Source: Pristiophorus japonicus (taxonomy: Eukaryota). Taken from it: a DNA stretch of 64,000 nt. Both the position numbers and the translations under genes were made by a program. The notes beneath the pieces were generated by a model. The model searched no databases and was not told the origin of the DNA. It was given only the letters and a program-made list of their open reading frames with translations. Location of the stretch: contig NC_091984.1 of assembly GCF_044704955.1 (NCBI RefSeq), positions 147,498,001-147,562,000 on the forward strand. The letters are read 5' to 3'. Positions 37,465 to 49,171 of the stretch are shown in pieces. Within the stretch, counting starts at the first letter, position 1; each line of letters starts with the position of its first letter.

Positions 37465-40070
37465 GTAATTAATCGGTCTATCCCTTTCTCCCTTTTTAAA
37501 AAAAGGTGCAACATTAGCTATCCTCCAGTCCTCTGGCACCACACCTGTATCCCGAGAATTGGAAAATGATGGTCAGAGCCTCTGGTATTTCCTTTTTGCT
37601 TCTCTTAATAGCCTGGGATACATTTCATCCAGGCCTGGGGATTTATCCACTTTCAAATCTCGGAAACCCCTTAATACTTCCTCTCTCACTATCTTTATTT
37701 CATCTAATATTTCACACTTCTCTTCCCTGATTGCAATATCTGCATCGACCCTCTCTTTTGTGAAAACAGACGCAAAGTATTCATTACGAACCATATCGAC
37801 ATCTTACATCTCCACACACAGATTACCTTTATGGTCTTTAATAGGCACTACTCTTTCTGTAATTATCCTCTTGCTCTTAATGTATTTATAAAACATCTTT
37901 GGGTTTTCCTTGATTTTACTTGCCAAGATGTTTTCATGCTCTCTCTTTGCTTTCCTAATTTCCTTTTTAATTGCAGCCCTGCACTTTCTATACTCCTCTA
38001 AAGTTCCTGCAGTATTGAGCCCTCGGTATCTGTCATAAGCCTCCCTTTTTTACTTTATCCTACACTGTATTTCCCTTGACATTCAGGACCTCGAGATTTG
38101 TTAGCCCCAACCGTTTTCTTTAAGGGAACAGACTTACTCTGAAACCACAGGATTTCCTCCTTGAATGCCTCCCACTGCTCTGACACTGATTTACCTTCAA
38201 GTAGCCGTTTCCAGTCCACTTTGGCTAAATCTCATCTCAGCTCAGCTAAATTGGCTTTTCCCCAATTGAGAACGTTTATTGCTGGTCTCTATTTGTCCTT
38301 TTCTATAACTATTCGACATCTAACTGAATTATGATCACTGGCACCAAAATGCTCTCCCACTGATACCCCTTCCACCTGCCCCTCTTCATTCCCAACCAAG
38401 TCCAGAACCGTCCCCTCCCTTTTTGGGCTTGTTACAAACTGGCTAAAAAAAGTTCTGCTGAAAGCATTTTAGGAATTCCACACCCTCAATACCTTTCACA
38501 CTAATTTTATCCCAGTTAATTTTAGGGTAGTTGAAATCCCCTCCTATTACTGCCCTATAGTTTTTGCACTTGTCATAAATGTCCCTATATATTTGCTCTT
38601 CTCTCTCCCTCTGACTGTTTGGGGGTCTATAGTACACTCCCAGCAGTGTGATTACCCCTTTTTCGTTCTTCAATTTGACCTATATGGCCTCATTTGATGA
38701 TCCTTCCGACATATCATCCCTTCTCACAGATTTAATTGTTTCTTGCAGTTGTTTCAGAACTGCGACCCCCTCCTTTTTTATCCCCCTCTCCAACCCGTCT
38801 GAAAACCCTGTAACCATGAATGTTGAGCTGCCATACCTGCCCTTCTTTCAGCCATGTCTCAGTAATAAGCTATAATATAGTACTCCCAAATGTTTATCTG
38901 TGCTCTCAGCTCATCTGTCTTATTCCCTATACTCCTTGCATTGAAGTACATACCATTTAGCACTGCCAAACTGCCTTGCTGCCTATTTTCTAAGCTTTGT
39001 TTCCTCTGTCTCCCAAATTTACTTTCTACTTTTCTGCTTTCTAATTCCAGCTTTGCTTCTCGCCCGACTGAATCTATTCTCCGGTTCCCATCCCCCTGCC
39101 AAGCTAGTTTAAACCCTCCCCAACCACACTAGCAAATGCTGTCGTGAGGATTTTGGTCCCAGCTCTGTTGAGGTGCAACCCATTCGGCTTGTACAGGTCC
39201 CACCTCCCCCAGAAACGGTCCCAGTGCCTCAGGAAACTAAAGCCCTGCCTCCTGCACCATCTCTCCTGCCATGCATTCATCTGCTCTATCCTCCTATTTC
39301 TGTACTCACTAGCACGTGACACTGGGAGTAATCCAGAGTTTACTATCTTTGAGGTCTTGCTTTTTAATCTCGCTCCTAGCTCCCAAAACTCTGCCTGTAG
39401 GACCTCATCCCTCTTTCTACCTATGTCATTGGTACCGATTTGGACCACAACCTCTGGCTGTTCACCCTCCCCCCTCAGAATGTACTGCAGCCACTCAGTG
39501 TCATCCTTGAACCTGGCACCAGGCAGGCAACAACCCATCCTGGAGTCATGTCTCCGGCCGCAGAAATGCCTGTCTGCTCCCCTAACTATCGAATCCCCTA
39601 CCACTATTGCTCTTCCACTCTTCTTCCTCCCCCCTGTGCAGCTGAGCCACCCGTGGTGCCGTGGACTTGGCTCTGGCTGCACTTCCTAGAGGAACCATCG
39701 CCCCCACCAGTACTCACAACACAATACTGGTTGGAGAGCGAGATGGACTCAGGGGACTCCTGCACTACCTGCCTGGACCTCCTCTTCTGTCTGGTGGTCA
39801 CCCATTCCCTCTCTGCCTGCACAATCTTAAGCTGCGGGGTGGCCACCTCTAGAAACGTGCTATCCACGAAGTTCTCAGCCTCGCGGACGCACCGCAGTGA
39901 CTCCAGCCGCCGCTCAATCTCTGAAACGCGGAGCTCGAGTTGCTGTAGCTGGTGACACTTCCTGCACATGTGGTCATCCAGGCCACGAGAAGTGTCCAGG
40001 ACTTCCCACATGGCACAGGATGTGCACTCCACGGGACAGAACTGCCCTGCCATGCCTCTATTTAATAGAC
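37465..40070 (-). mobile_element. CR1 5' half: ORF1 (zinc finger, coiled coil, SGNH esterase) plus endonuclease
   Basis: CTSCAMWEV..CRKC; IVVGDSIVRG; IGTND; GLHLN; LLGVYYRPP; GDFNYP. Confidence 0.9.
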
Positions 40071-40317
40071 TGAGAACTGACTGAGCAGAAATAAAATTAA
40101 AACTATAAAAAAGCAGAAAATGGCCTGGCCGACATCAATCAGGCCATAATTTTTTCACCCCATCATTCCTCATCTTTCCTGATAGCTAAAATTTTCCAGT
40201 CCAGGCAACTTCTTCCTGTGTGCAATCGGTTGTAAAGCACCTTGGGACGTCTTGAGGTTGTGAAAAGCGCTATATAAATTCAAGGCTTTATTTCATTGAA
40301 GTGGGAGGGCCCTCATC

Positions 40318-40434
40318 TGACCTTCGCCAATTGTCTGCGCACTCTGACCTTCCAGGAGGTCATGGGATCATTGGGAGCAGTGACCTTGCCTGACCCCGGT
40401 ACACTGATGCTGATTGTAGCCTCACCTTTGACCT
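40318..40434. promoter_or_regulatory. Cluster of nuclear-receptor half-sites (ER6, DR4, DR1); candidate intronic enhancer
   Basis: TGACCT at 40318, 40345, 40381 and 40429; AGGTCA at 40357; TGACCC at 40391; TCACCT at 40422. Confidence 0.4.
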
Positions 40435-40756
40435 CTGGGCAGCAAGCTTTTAAATGCAATCTGGAAGCTTCTACACCAACACCCAAAATGAACCTTGCTG
40501 AAGTGTGTTTATACAAGTGTGCTGCAATGTTCCCGGATAAAGTTCTCCCGATCTGTGTGTGATCTGAGCTTTCTCACTGCTGAGCCTGTTTCCCCTGTAT
40601 CCACACATCTACAGTTCGAGCTTCCTGCCAGTGAACAGCATCTTAACTGAACACTCAGTCTTTACCGACTCTTACTGTTAACCATTTCAGTGCTGAATGT
40701 GTGCCAACCCTGCGCTGCAGATGTTTATACAACAATCCAATATGATTTTGAGTATC

Positions 40757-41180
40757 AGCCGTGGCTCAGTGCGTTGCACTCTCGCCTCTGAGTCAGAAGG
40801 TTGTGGATTCAAGTCTCAATCCAGGGACTTGAGCACAAAAATCTAGGCTGACACTGCAGTGCAGTGCTGATGGAGCACTGCACTGTCGGAGGTGCCGTCT
40901 TTTGGATGAGACTTTAAACCAAGGCCCGATCTGCCCTCTCAGGTGGATGTAATAGATCCCATGCCACTATTTCGAAGAAGAGCAGGGGAGTTCTCGCCGG
41001 TGTCCTGGTCAATATTTATCCCTCAACCAACATGACAAAAGAACAGATTATCAGGTCGTTATCACATCGCTGTTTGTGGGAGTTTGCTGTGCACAGATTG
41101 GCTGCTGTGTTTCCCACATTACAACAGTGACTACACTCCAAAAGTACTTCATTGGCTGTAAAGCGCTTTGAGATGTCCAC
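40757..41180 (+). mobile_element. tRNA-derived SINE with a Deu-like core (SacSINE1-like)
   Basis: A box TGGCTCAGTG, B box GGATTCAAGTC, core ggaggtgccgtcttttggatgagac..taaacc, tail aagcgctttg. Confidence 0.75.
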
Positions 41181-41395
41181 CTTACAATCAAACGCATTTT
41201 TATTCAGACTAAACTTATCAAACGAGGCAAAGAAGATTAAGAATTAGTGTTGCTAGCCTCTAATGATTAAACACCAGCCAGGAGTTCATTAACCCAGCTC
41301 TCCGTTATCAGATGTGACGGAGACACATACGGAGACACACACACACACACACACACTAATATACACCTGTTAAACATCCTTCTCCTCCCTTTCAG

Positions 41396-41724
41396 GCCGA
41401 GGGAAGACACCACCCACGCTGACCCTGCTGCCCCCCTCCCTGGAGGAGGTCACGACCAAGGGCACTGCCACCCTGGTGTGCCTCGCCGATCACTTCTACC
41501 CCGATGCGGTGGAGGTGGAGTGGAAGAAGGACGGGGCGACCATTTCGGCCGGGGTCCAGACCAGCGACTACCTGCGAGCTTCGGACAACACCTACAGTGT
41601 CAGCAGCCTGCTGACCCTCTCTGGCTCCGACTGGGAGTCCAACGCCAGCTTCTCCTGCAGCCTCACCCACGAGAGCCTGTCCTCTCCCCTCAGCAAGGGA
41701 GTCAGGAGAGCAGAATGTGCGTAG
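41396..41724 (+). CDS. IGKC: Kappa-type Ig light-chain constant exon, intact
   Basis: Polypyrimidine-CAG acceptor; (S)RGKTPPTLTLLPPSLEEVTTKGTATLVCLADHFYP..W..TYSVSSLLTL..FSCSLTHESLSSPLSKGVRRAECA*; both domain Cys and the terminal interchain Cys are present. Confidence 0.96.
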
Positions 41725-42314
41725 TGTGTCAGAGACAGTCCGGGGGAGACACAACTTTAAATAGAACAGGGGGTGAGCTGGGAGGCCAAAGGTCATTGTC
41801 AGCACTGCATTTCTACTCTCTTCCTTCTCGGGACTGGGTCAGGGAAAGCATCTGAGGGTCAGGGGGTAAGGCACGTTATTGGGGCAGTGTCGAGGGAGTT
41901 TTACTCTGTATCTAACCCGTGCTGTACCTGCCCTGAGAGTGTTTCATGGGACAGTGTAGAGGGAGCTTTACTCTGTATCGAATCTGTGCTGTACCTGCCC
42001 TGGGAGGGTTTGATGGGACAGTGTTGACTCGTGCTGCCAAGTAAAATCTCTCGAAGATGCTGAAGACTGTCAGCAAAGTAAAACTAATGTTAAACTGCAA
42101 AGTACCGCTTCAGTAAGCAGACCCCCTCCCTGCTCACCCTGCTGTTACAATTCAAGGTTTAGTCCCCGTTTAAAGGGACAGGATTCACACGGTGTGGAGA
42201 AAACCCCCACAACTGTTTTAATGAAGCTGCATTCTCCCAGTGAATGTCTCCAGCTCACTCTCGCTGGGCTGTTTATTCAAGTCTTGTTTCTGTAAATGTG
42301 AATCTGTAAAAGGC

Positions 42315-42320
42315 AATAAA
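42315..42320 (+). terminator. Candidate polyadenylation signal of the light-chain gene
   Basis: First AATAAA after the C stop, followed by GT-rich sequence. Confidence 0.65.
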
Positions 42321-42811
42321 CATGAAGAATATTCAGTCTGTGTCTGGCGAGTGCTTTGGAAATGTCCCACCTCCCCCTCAGCTGGATTGACTGCATTTCA
42401 GTAAGTGTCTGTCCTGATTGGCTGGGTGGGCTGTCAATCAATGGCACTTCAGCAGGAGATTTGATTCAAAGCCAATTATCATTCATTTTAAAACGATCAA
42501 TTTTACCTCGAACCCCTGGAGTGCACAAGATTAAACACAGAGACAGTAAAAGCTGCTGGGATTAAACCCTCCCAGTCTGAGCATTGTCTCTCACTCTGCA
42601 CACTGGGGGGTGTTGGGGCAGCCCCGATAGTGGGATCGCACTGTGCACTCTGTGCTGACTGCTGGGGGCAATCTGGGGGCACAACATTGCATTCTCTCTC
42701 CTTAACATGTGGCTCGTGGCAGCAGCACAAAACTGTACCGAGTGAGGCCTCAGCTTAGGGAGAGGAGCAGTCAGTGTATCACCGTGTACATGTCCCTGAG
42801 TGTTAGTGTGG

Positions 42812-42980
42812 CTTACCCAGCACCGCCTGTAGGTGTGTGTATGTGTGACTGTTACCCAGCACCGCCTGTAGGTGTGTGTGTGTGACAGTTACCCAGCACC
42901 GCCTGTAGTTGTTTGTGTGTGTGTGTGTGTGTGACTGTTACCCAACACCGCCTGTAGGTGTGTGTGTGTGACTGTTACAG
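42812..42980 (+). repeat. About 37-bp minisatellite (ttacccagcaccgcctgtag(gt)n gact), about 4 copies
   Basis: Seen directly. Confidence 0.85.
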
Positions 42981-44029
42981 TACTGTCATGGCGGCCTGAA
43001 GAGAGTGCCACGATGATGCTCCAGCTCCTGTGGGGGTCGGGGGTCGTTAGGGGATTGGAGTGAGGGGGGGGTGGGAGACCGGGGCGGGTGATCGGGGGCT
43101 GACCTTGTGTGGAACGGTGGGGACCAGGGTGATCGGGGGGGGGGTTCTCAGAGTGTCTCACCAATACCCTGTACAGATGTAGCTGGACTTCCCTGCTTTT
43201 ATACTTCATCCCCCTTGCAGTAATGGCCAACATTCTAGTGGCCTTCCTGATCACTTGCTGTACCTGCATACTAACTTTTTGTGTTTCATGCACAAGGACA
43301 CCCAGGTCCCTCTGTACTGCAGCAGTTTCCAATTTTTCTCCATTTAAAAAAAAATGTGCTTTTCTATTCTTTCTGCCAAAGTGGATAACCTCACATTTTC
43401 CCACATTATACTCCATCTGCCAACGTTTTTCCCACTCACTTCGCCTGTCTATATCCCTTTGTACATTTTCTCCTCCTCACAATTTGCTTTCCCATCCTTC
43501 GTCATAGGCAGTCCCTCGGAAACGAGGAAGACTTGCTTCCACTCTTAAAATCAGTCCTTAGGTGGCTACAGTCCAATACGAGAACCATAGTCCCTGCCAC
43601 GTGGGGAACGAGAGATGATTCTGCAAACCTGACTGGAGGTTTGGTACAAACGGGTTTTACAAGCCAATCAATTGAGTTTTACAGAAATTGTCAAAAAATG
43701 TGGTCTTTTCAGAACCAACATCGCCCTCTTTTGTTATGAAGGCAGCACTGCCAATTTCCCTCACAATTTGACTGAGCTGCAATTTTCAATGTCTCCTTGC
43801 ATGGCTCGCTGTCAATCTTTATTCTATAACGCTCCTGTGAAGCGCTCGGGGAGTTCCTGTATAAAGGTGCTGTATAAAAGTTGCTGTTGTTGTTTGTTCT
43901 GAGTTAGCTGTTCCAACTGAGGTCAGGATATGACTCACAGCTCAGACTGTGCGGTATCCAGTGATGCAATGTTGTATCGTGGGTTGAAGCCCCACTCCAG
44001 GGACCTGAGTGCAAAATAAAGACATCCAT

Positions 44030-44200
44030 TACTGTGCAGTCCTGAGGGAGTGCTGCACTCTAAGCGGGGCAATACTGAGTGAGTACTGCACTGTCAGAGA
44101 GGCAGTACTGAGGGAGTGCCACACTGTTGCAGGTGCAGTACTGAGGGTGTGCCGCACTGTAGGAGGGGCAGCACTGTCTGAGGGGGAGGACTGAGGGAGT
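44030..44200 (+). repeat. 33-bp tandem amplification of a SINE segment (gcagtactgagggagtgctgcactgt...), about 5 copies
   Basis: Degenerate tandem units similar to the SINE segment at 40860-40893. Confidence 0.7.
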
Positions 44201-44275
44201 GCCGCGCAGTGGGAGAGGTAATGCTGAGGGGGTGCTTGTTGGTGGTTTTCTCAGGCGTACCGAAAATGCACCTCC

Positions 44276-45480
44276 TGTTACAAGTTCTGGACGATAGGGA
44301 TTATATGGACAGATCAGACTCGCACACATGCTTTTCGGTCTCAACCGTATTGTGTTTAATAAGATTAGCAACACCACTCATAAACAGTGCAAAACAGTAC
44401 AACCCTGGCTTGTCCAATAAGCCCTGCCGTGCTAAGTTACCACGGCTTAATAAAAGAACCCTCCCGTGAAATAAACTAACACAGGACCCCCCCAGCACTA
44501 AACCCCTTGGGTTTGGTTGGGACTTACAATCACCCCCTCACACAGCTAAGTGGTCTTGTGGATGTGTAGGCGCAGGCAATATGCTCACCCTGATTGCCCG
44601 TTGTCTTGCTTGCAGCTTCTCCCTGAACGTCTCGCTCCCGAGCTTTTTCCAGGGCTTTCTTCTGAACTTTTCCTGGGATTTTCCCTGGCATTTTCCCTGG
44701 GATTTTTCCAGAACTTTCTTCCTCCTGTTATGGAGCTTGTTGCAAAGCGGCTCCTTTTCTCCCCAAGTCCCATGATCATTCCTCCTGCCAATACTGACCG
44801 ATGGATTGATTCCGATGATCTGTCTGGACAACCTCCCCACCCCACGTAGCCTTTGAAATCTTTGTGAAAAATTATATTTTATTTTCCCGCTCCCAGGCCT
44901 TGCATCTGGAGAGACAATGGGTGCTGATTACTGGATGTCTGTCATTTCCTGAGTTGATGGCCCCCATTAGCAGGTAATGGGTTTCGATCACAAACCGATC
45001 TTGCTTAACCGGCTTATCTCCTGGAAGACAATGGACCGGCCATTTCCTGCCTTGCACCAGTTTGGGTTGGGACTGAGTCGTGACTGTGCATTAATAATGC
45101 GAAGGCACAGTGTCTCTGAGTTACCTCTCGGGGTATTGTTCCCAGGAATCACTTTAGATGGTGATGACATCAATGGGCCTGGGTTCCCTGCCACCCAGCC
45201 TGTCAGTGTGAAATGTCCGGTTGTATATGAATGCACCTCAGTGCCACTCCCACAAGCTCGCCAAACAGGACAGTTCTTTCTTGGGGATTTGGGTTTAACG
45301 GTTTAAAGTATTGTTAATAGAAATGGCCAGAACACTGGTGCTACAATTCCTCACCTGTCCCTCTCTACTAACCACCCACCCCCCCCAACGGGGATAATAA
45401 TGGTATGGCCCCACCCCGCCCGGGACAATAACAATAATGGTATGCCCCCGCCCCCACCTCCCACCGGGACAATAATGTTC
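44276..45480 (-). mobile_element. LTR-element relic: internal region, PPT (44539-44529) and 253-bp LTR (44528-44276)
   Basis: Minus strand GAGGGGGTGAT|TGTAAG...ATTAAA...TTGTAACA; ORF 44538-44840 ends at the PPT. Confidence 0.6.
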
Positions 45481-46059
45481 AACTAAGCACCACGACAGAT
45501 GCGAGACTTGTGGAAGAACTTCCTTCTGACTTCGGAAACGTCTTCTCCTCCAGTCACAGAGGAGATTCTGCCGACTCACCCCCCCACCCCCGCTCAACAG
45601 CAGCAGGCCTTGAGATCCCCTGCTGCAAGACGTCTTGGTCCCATTACTCGGGGAGTTAAATGGGGTGTTACTACAAGGGGGTGTCAAGGTGCAGGAGGGA
45701 AGCATGGCCGCAGGTAGGGAGGGGGAGGGGTGGTGCAATATAGTCCTTAGTTCTTGTTAAAAATACATTTTTGTTGAATGTTCACAGTTGGGGATGGTGG
45801 GAGGGTGTTGTTATGTTATTGTTGCGTTACAAATGTTGACTCTTCGGGGTTGAGGTGGTAGGGTTATATATGTTTGTACAAAACATTTTCACATTCTTCT
45901 TTAATTATTAAACACATTAATTTAACTTTACAATTGTCCTGAAGTGTCTTCTTATAACGTAAGGTATACATCAGTACAATGGTTGGGAACAATGGCCAGG
46001 CCAGCCCAGGCCAGGCAAGGATGAAACGTAACACAACTATAACTGTCACCAATATAAGT

Positions 46060-47110
46060 TCACGCAAAATGTTCATTTATTAGCTGCTGACGTTCGAGGT
46101 TTGCAGCTGCGTAACTTCCACGGGGCTTTTCCAGTGTAGTGGGGGGCGGCGTGGGGGCATGGGTTCATCACCAGGCTGATTGTCCTCCCCGAGGTCATCA
46201 TCCTCCTCCTCCTCGTCCTTCTCTTCAGCCTCTCCTCTCTCCTGAGGTGGACCAGCGGTCACATCTGGCAATTGTTGTCCTCCTCTTATAGCTAGGTTAT
46301 GCAACATGCAGCACACCTCAATAAACTCAGTGACCTGCTCAGGGTGGTACTGTAGGTTGCCTCCTGAATGGTCCAGGCATCTGAAGCGTTGCTTAAGCAC
46401 CCCAATTGTCTTTTCGATGATATTGCGTGATTGCCTGTCGCAATATGGCTTTCATTGAAGCACTTCTCGGCTTCTCTCTGGGGATTACGCAAGGGGCTCA
46501 TGAGCCAGCTGGCAAGGCCATATCCTTTATCCCCCAGCATCCAACCGTGACCTTGTGGCTGACTCTTAAACAGGTCAGAGACAGTGTTCTCACACAGGAA
46601 ATGCACATCATATATGCTCCCTGGAAAATTAGCATTTACTGCCAGAATTATTTGTTTGTGGTGGACAACGAGCTGCACATTCAGGGAGTGGAATCCCTTT
46701 CGGTTTTAAACAGCTCTTCATTCTGTAAAGTTGCTCTCAGGGCGATGTGCATACAATCTATTGCTCCCTGCACCTTGGGGAAGTTTGCTATTCTCGAGAA
46801 CTCCAAAGCCCTCTCAGTCTGTGCCTCCCTGGTCATAGGGAAGCTAATAAAGTCACCTGTCGAATGCAACAATGTGTGGCGTGCTGAGAGATACCGCAAA
46901 TGTCGCCAGCAGAGGCCTGAAAGGAGCCCAATGCGTAGAAGGAAAGTGCCGCAGTAACCTTAACCTCAACAGGCAGTGCGGTCCTGATGGTGCTGGTAGG
47001 CTGCAGATCTCCCTTAATTAACTGGCATATCTCACTGATGACCTTCTTTCGGAAGCACAGCCTCCCAATGCACGTGTAATCGGACAGGGCCAGGTACAAT
47101 CGCTTATCAG
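46060..47110 (-). mobile_element. PIF/Harbinger (HARBI1-like) transposase, degenerate
   Basis: KVTAALSFYALGSFQ, GAIDCMHIAL, WMLGDKGY, LKQRFRCLD, CCMLHNLA, acidic tail. Confidence 0.9.
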
Positions 47111-47139
47111 TGCATATGCATTGGGTATAACGTCTCCTC

Positions 47140-48545
47140 CGGTTAGTCTGACATCAGTAGTGGAGAAAATGTTGGAGTCAATTATTAAGGATGAAATAGC
47201 AACGCATTTGAAGAGCAGTGACAGGATCGGTCCAAGTCAGCATGGATTTGTGAAAGGGAAATCATGCTTGACTAATCTTTTGGAATTTTTTGAGGATGTA
47301 ACTAGTAGAGTGGACAAGGGAAAACCAGTGGGTGTGGTGTATTTGAACTTTCAAAGGCATTTAACTAGGTCCCACATAAGAGATTGGTGTGCAAAATCAA
47401 AGCGCATGGTATTGGGGGTAATGTACTGGCGTGGGTAGAGAATTGGTTGGCAGACTGGAAGCAGAGAGTCGGGATAAACAGGTCCTTTTCGGAATGGGAG
47501 GCAGTGACTAGTGGAGTGCCACAGGGCTCAGTGCTGGGACCCCAGCTCTTTATAATATACATCAATGATTTGGATGAAGGAATTGAGTGTAATATCTCCA
47601 AGTTTGCAGAGGACACTAAACTGGGTGGTGGTGTGAGTTTTGTGGAGGATGCTAATGGCTGCAGGGTGATTTGGACAGGTTGGGTGAGTGGGCAAATGCA
47701 TGCCAGATGCAGTATAATGTGGATAATTGTGAGGTTACCCACTTTGGTGGCAAAAACACCAGGGCAGAGTATTACCGGAATGGTGGCAGATTAGGAAAAG
47801 GGAAGGTGCAACGAGACCTGGGTGTCATGGTTCATCAGTCATTGAAAGTTGGCATGCAGGTGCAGCAGGCGGTGAAGAAGGCAAATGGTATGTTGGCCTT
47901 CATAGCTAGGGGATTTGAGTATAGGAGCAGGGAGGTCTTACTGCATTTGTACAGGGCCTTGGTGAGGCCTCACCTGGAATATTGTGTTCCGGTTTGGTCT
48001 CCTAATCTGAGGAAGGATGTTCTTGCTATTGAGGGAGTGCAGCGAAGGTTCACCAGACTGATTCCAGGGATGGCTGGACTGACATATGAGGAGTGACTGG
48101 ATCAACTGGGCCTTTATACACTGGAGTTTAGAAGGATGAGAGGGGATCTCATAGAAACGTATAAGATTCTGACAGGACGAGACAGGTTAGATGCGGGAAG
48201 AATATTCCCGATGTTGGGGAAGTCCAGAACTAGGGGACACAATCTTAGAATAAGGGGTAGGCCATTTAGGACTGAGATGAGGAGGAACTTCTTCACTCAG
48301 AGAGCTGTTAACCTGTGGAATTCCCTACCGCAGAGGGTTGTTGATGCCAGTTCATTGGATATATTCAAGAGGGAGTTAGATATAGCCCTTACAGCTAAAG
48401 GGATCAAGGGGTATGGAGAGAAAGCAGGAAAGGGGTACTGAGGGAATGATCAGCCATGATCTTATTGAATGGTGATGCAGGCTTGAAGGGCCGAATGGCC
48501 TACTCCTGCACCTATTTTCTATGTTTCTATGTTTCTATGTTTCCT
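47140..48545 (+). mobile_element. CR1 LINE 3' fragment
   Basis: RT motifs and (tttctatg)n tail. Confidence 0.92.
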
Positions 48546-49171
48546 TGTCAGCAGTCAGCCATCTCTTTGATTGGGCACATAATTCTCTTCAATATATCTT
48601 CTCCCATCTGTAGTCTGCAACATGTGATTAGAGACCAATATTGGTTGAGAAATTACAGGCCCTCACACTATAAATTGCTATAAATGCCCTTAATATGTCC
48701 TCAACAGATACAAATGTGATTAGATGATTGGCAAGGGTCAAAAAGACCCTTAAAACCATTCACAAATTGATTCTCCTCACAAGTTCCTGAAGCAGCCTTT
48801 CAGTACAGATCCTCCGAGTCACAAAATGACGTCCGTAGTGCCGAGTACTGCCGACTAGTGCCGACTTTAGGTCAGGTGATGCAGCTTTTCTTCAGCGACC
48901 TTTTTGGCCAGCAATCATTTCGGCGACGTATGGGCGAAATGCCGAAAGTTGCGGTCGCCAATAACCTGGGTGATAATCTGGCGCAAGTTTCCATTTTTAG
49001 ACCCAATTTTTGGCCTTGCATGCAGATGATGTCATTTTTTCTTAAAATTAGGCCGGGCGATGCTGCACATTCATGTCGCCAAAAGTTGGACCAGCAACAA
49101 ATGGGCGATAATTGGGTGCTAGTTTCAACTTTTCAGCAAATATGGGCGATAGCCTGAATCTTTGCGCTTAT

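Noticed and set aside
40757-40830. tRNA gene
   Set aside because: The A and B boxes belong to a SINE head; no full cloverleaf or Pol III terminator.
25254-41395. Antisense bias of CR1 copies in the J-C intron
   Set aside because: The same bias holds outside the gene (51-62 kb) and the counts are too small.
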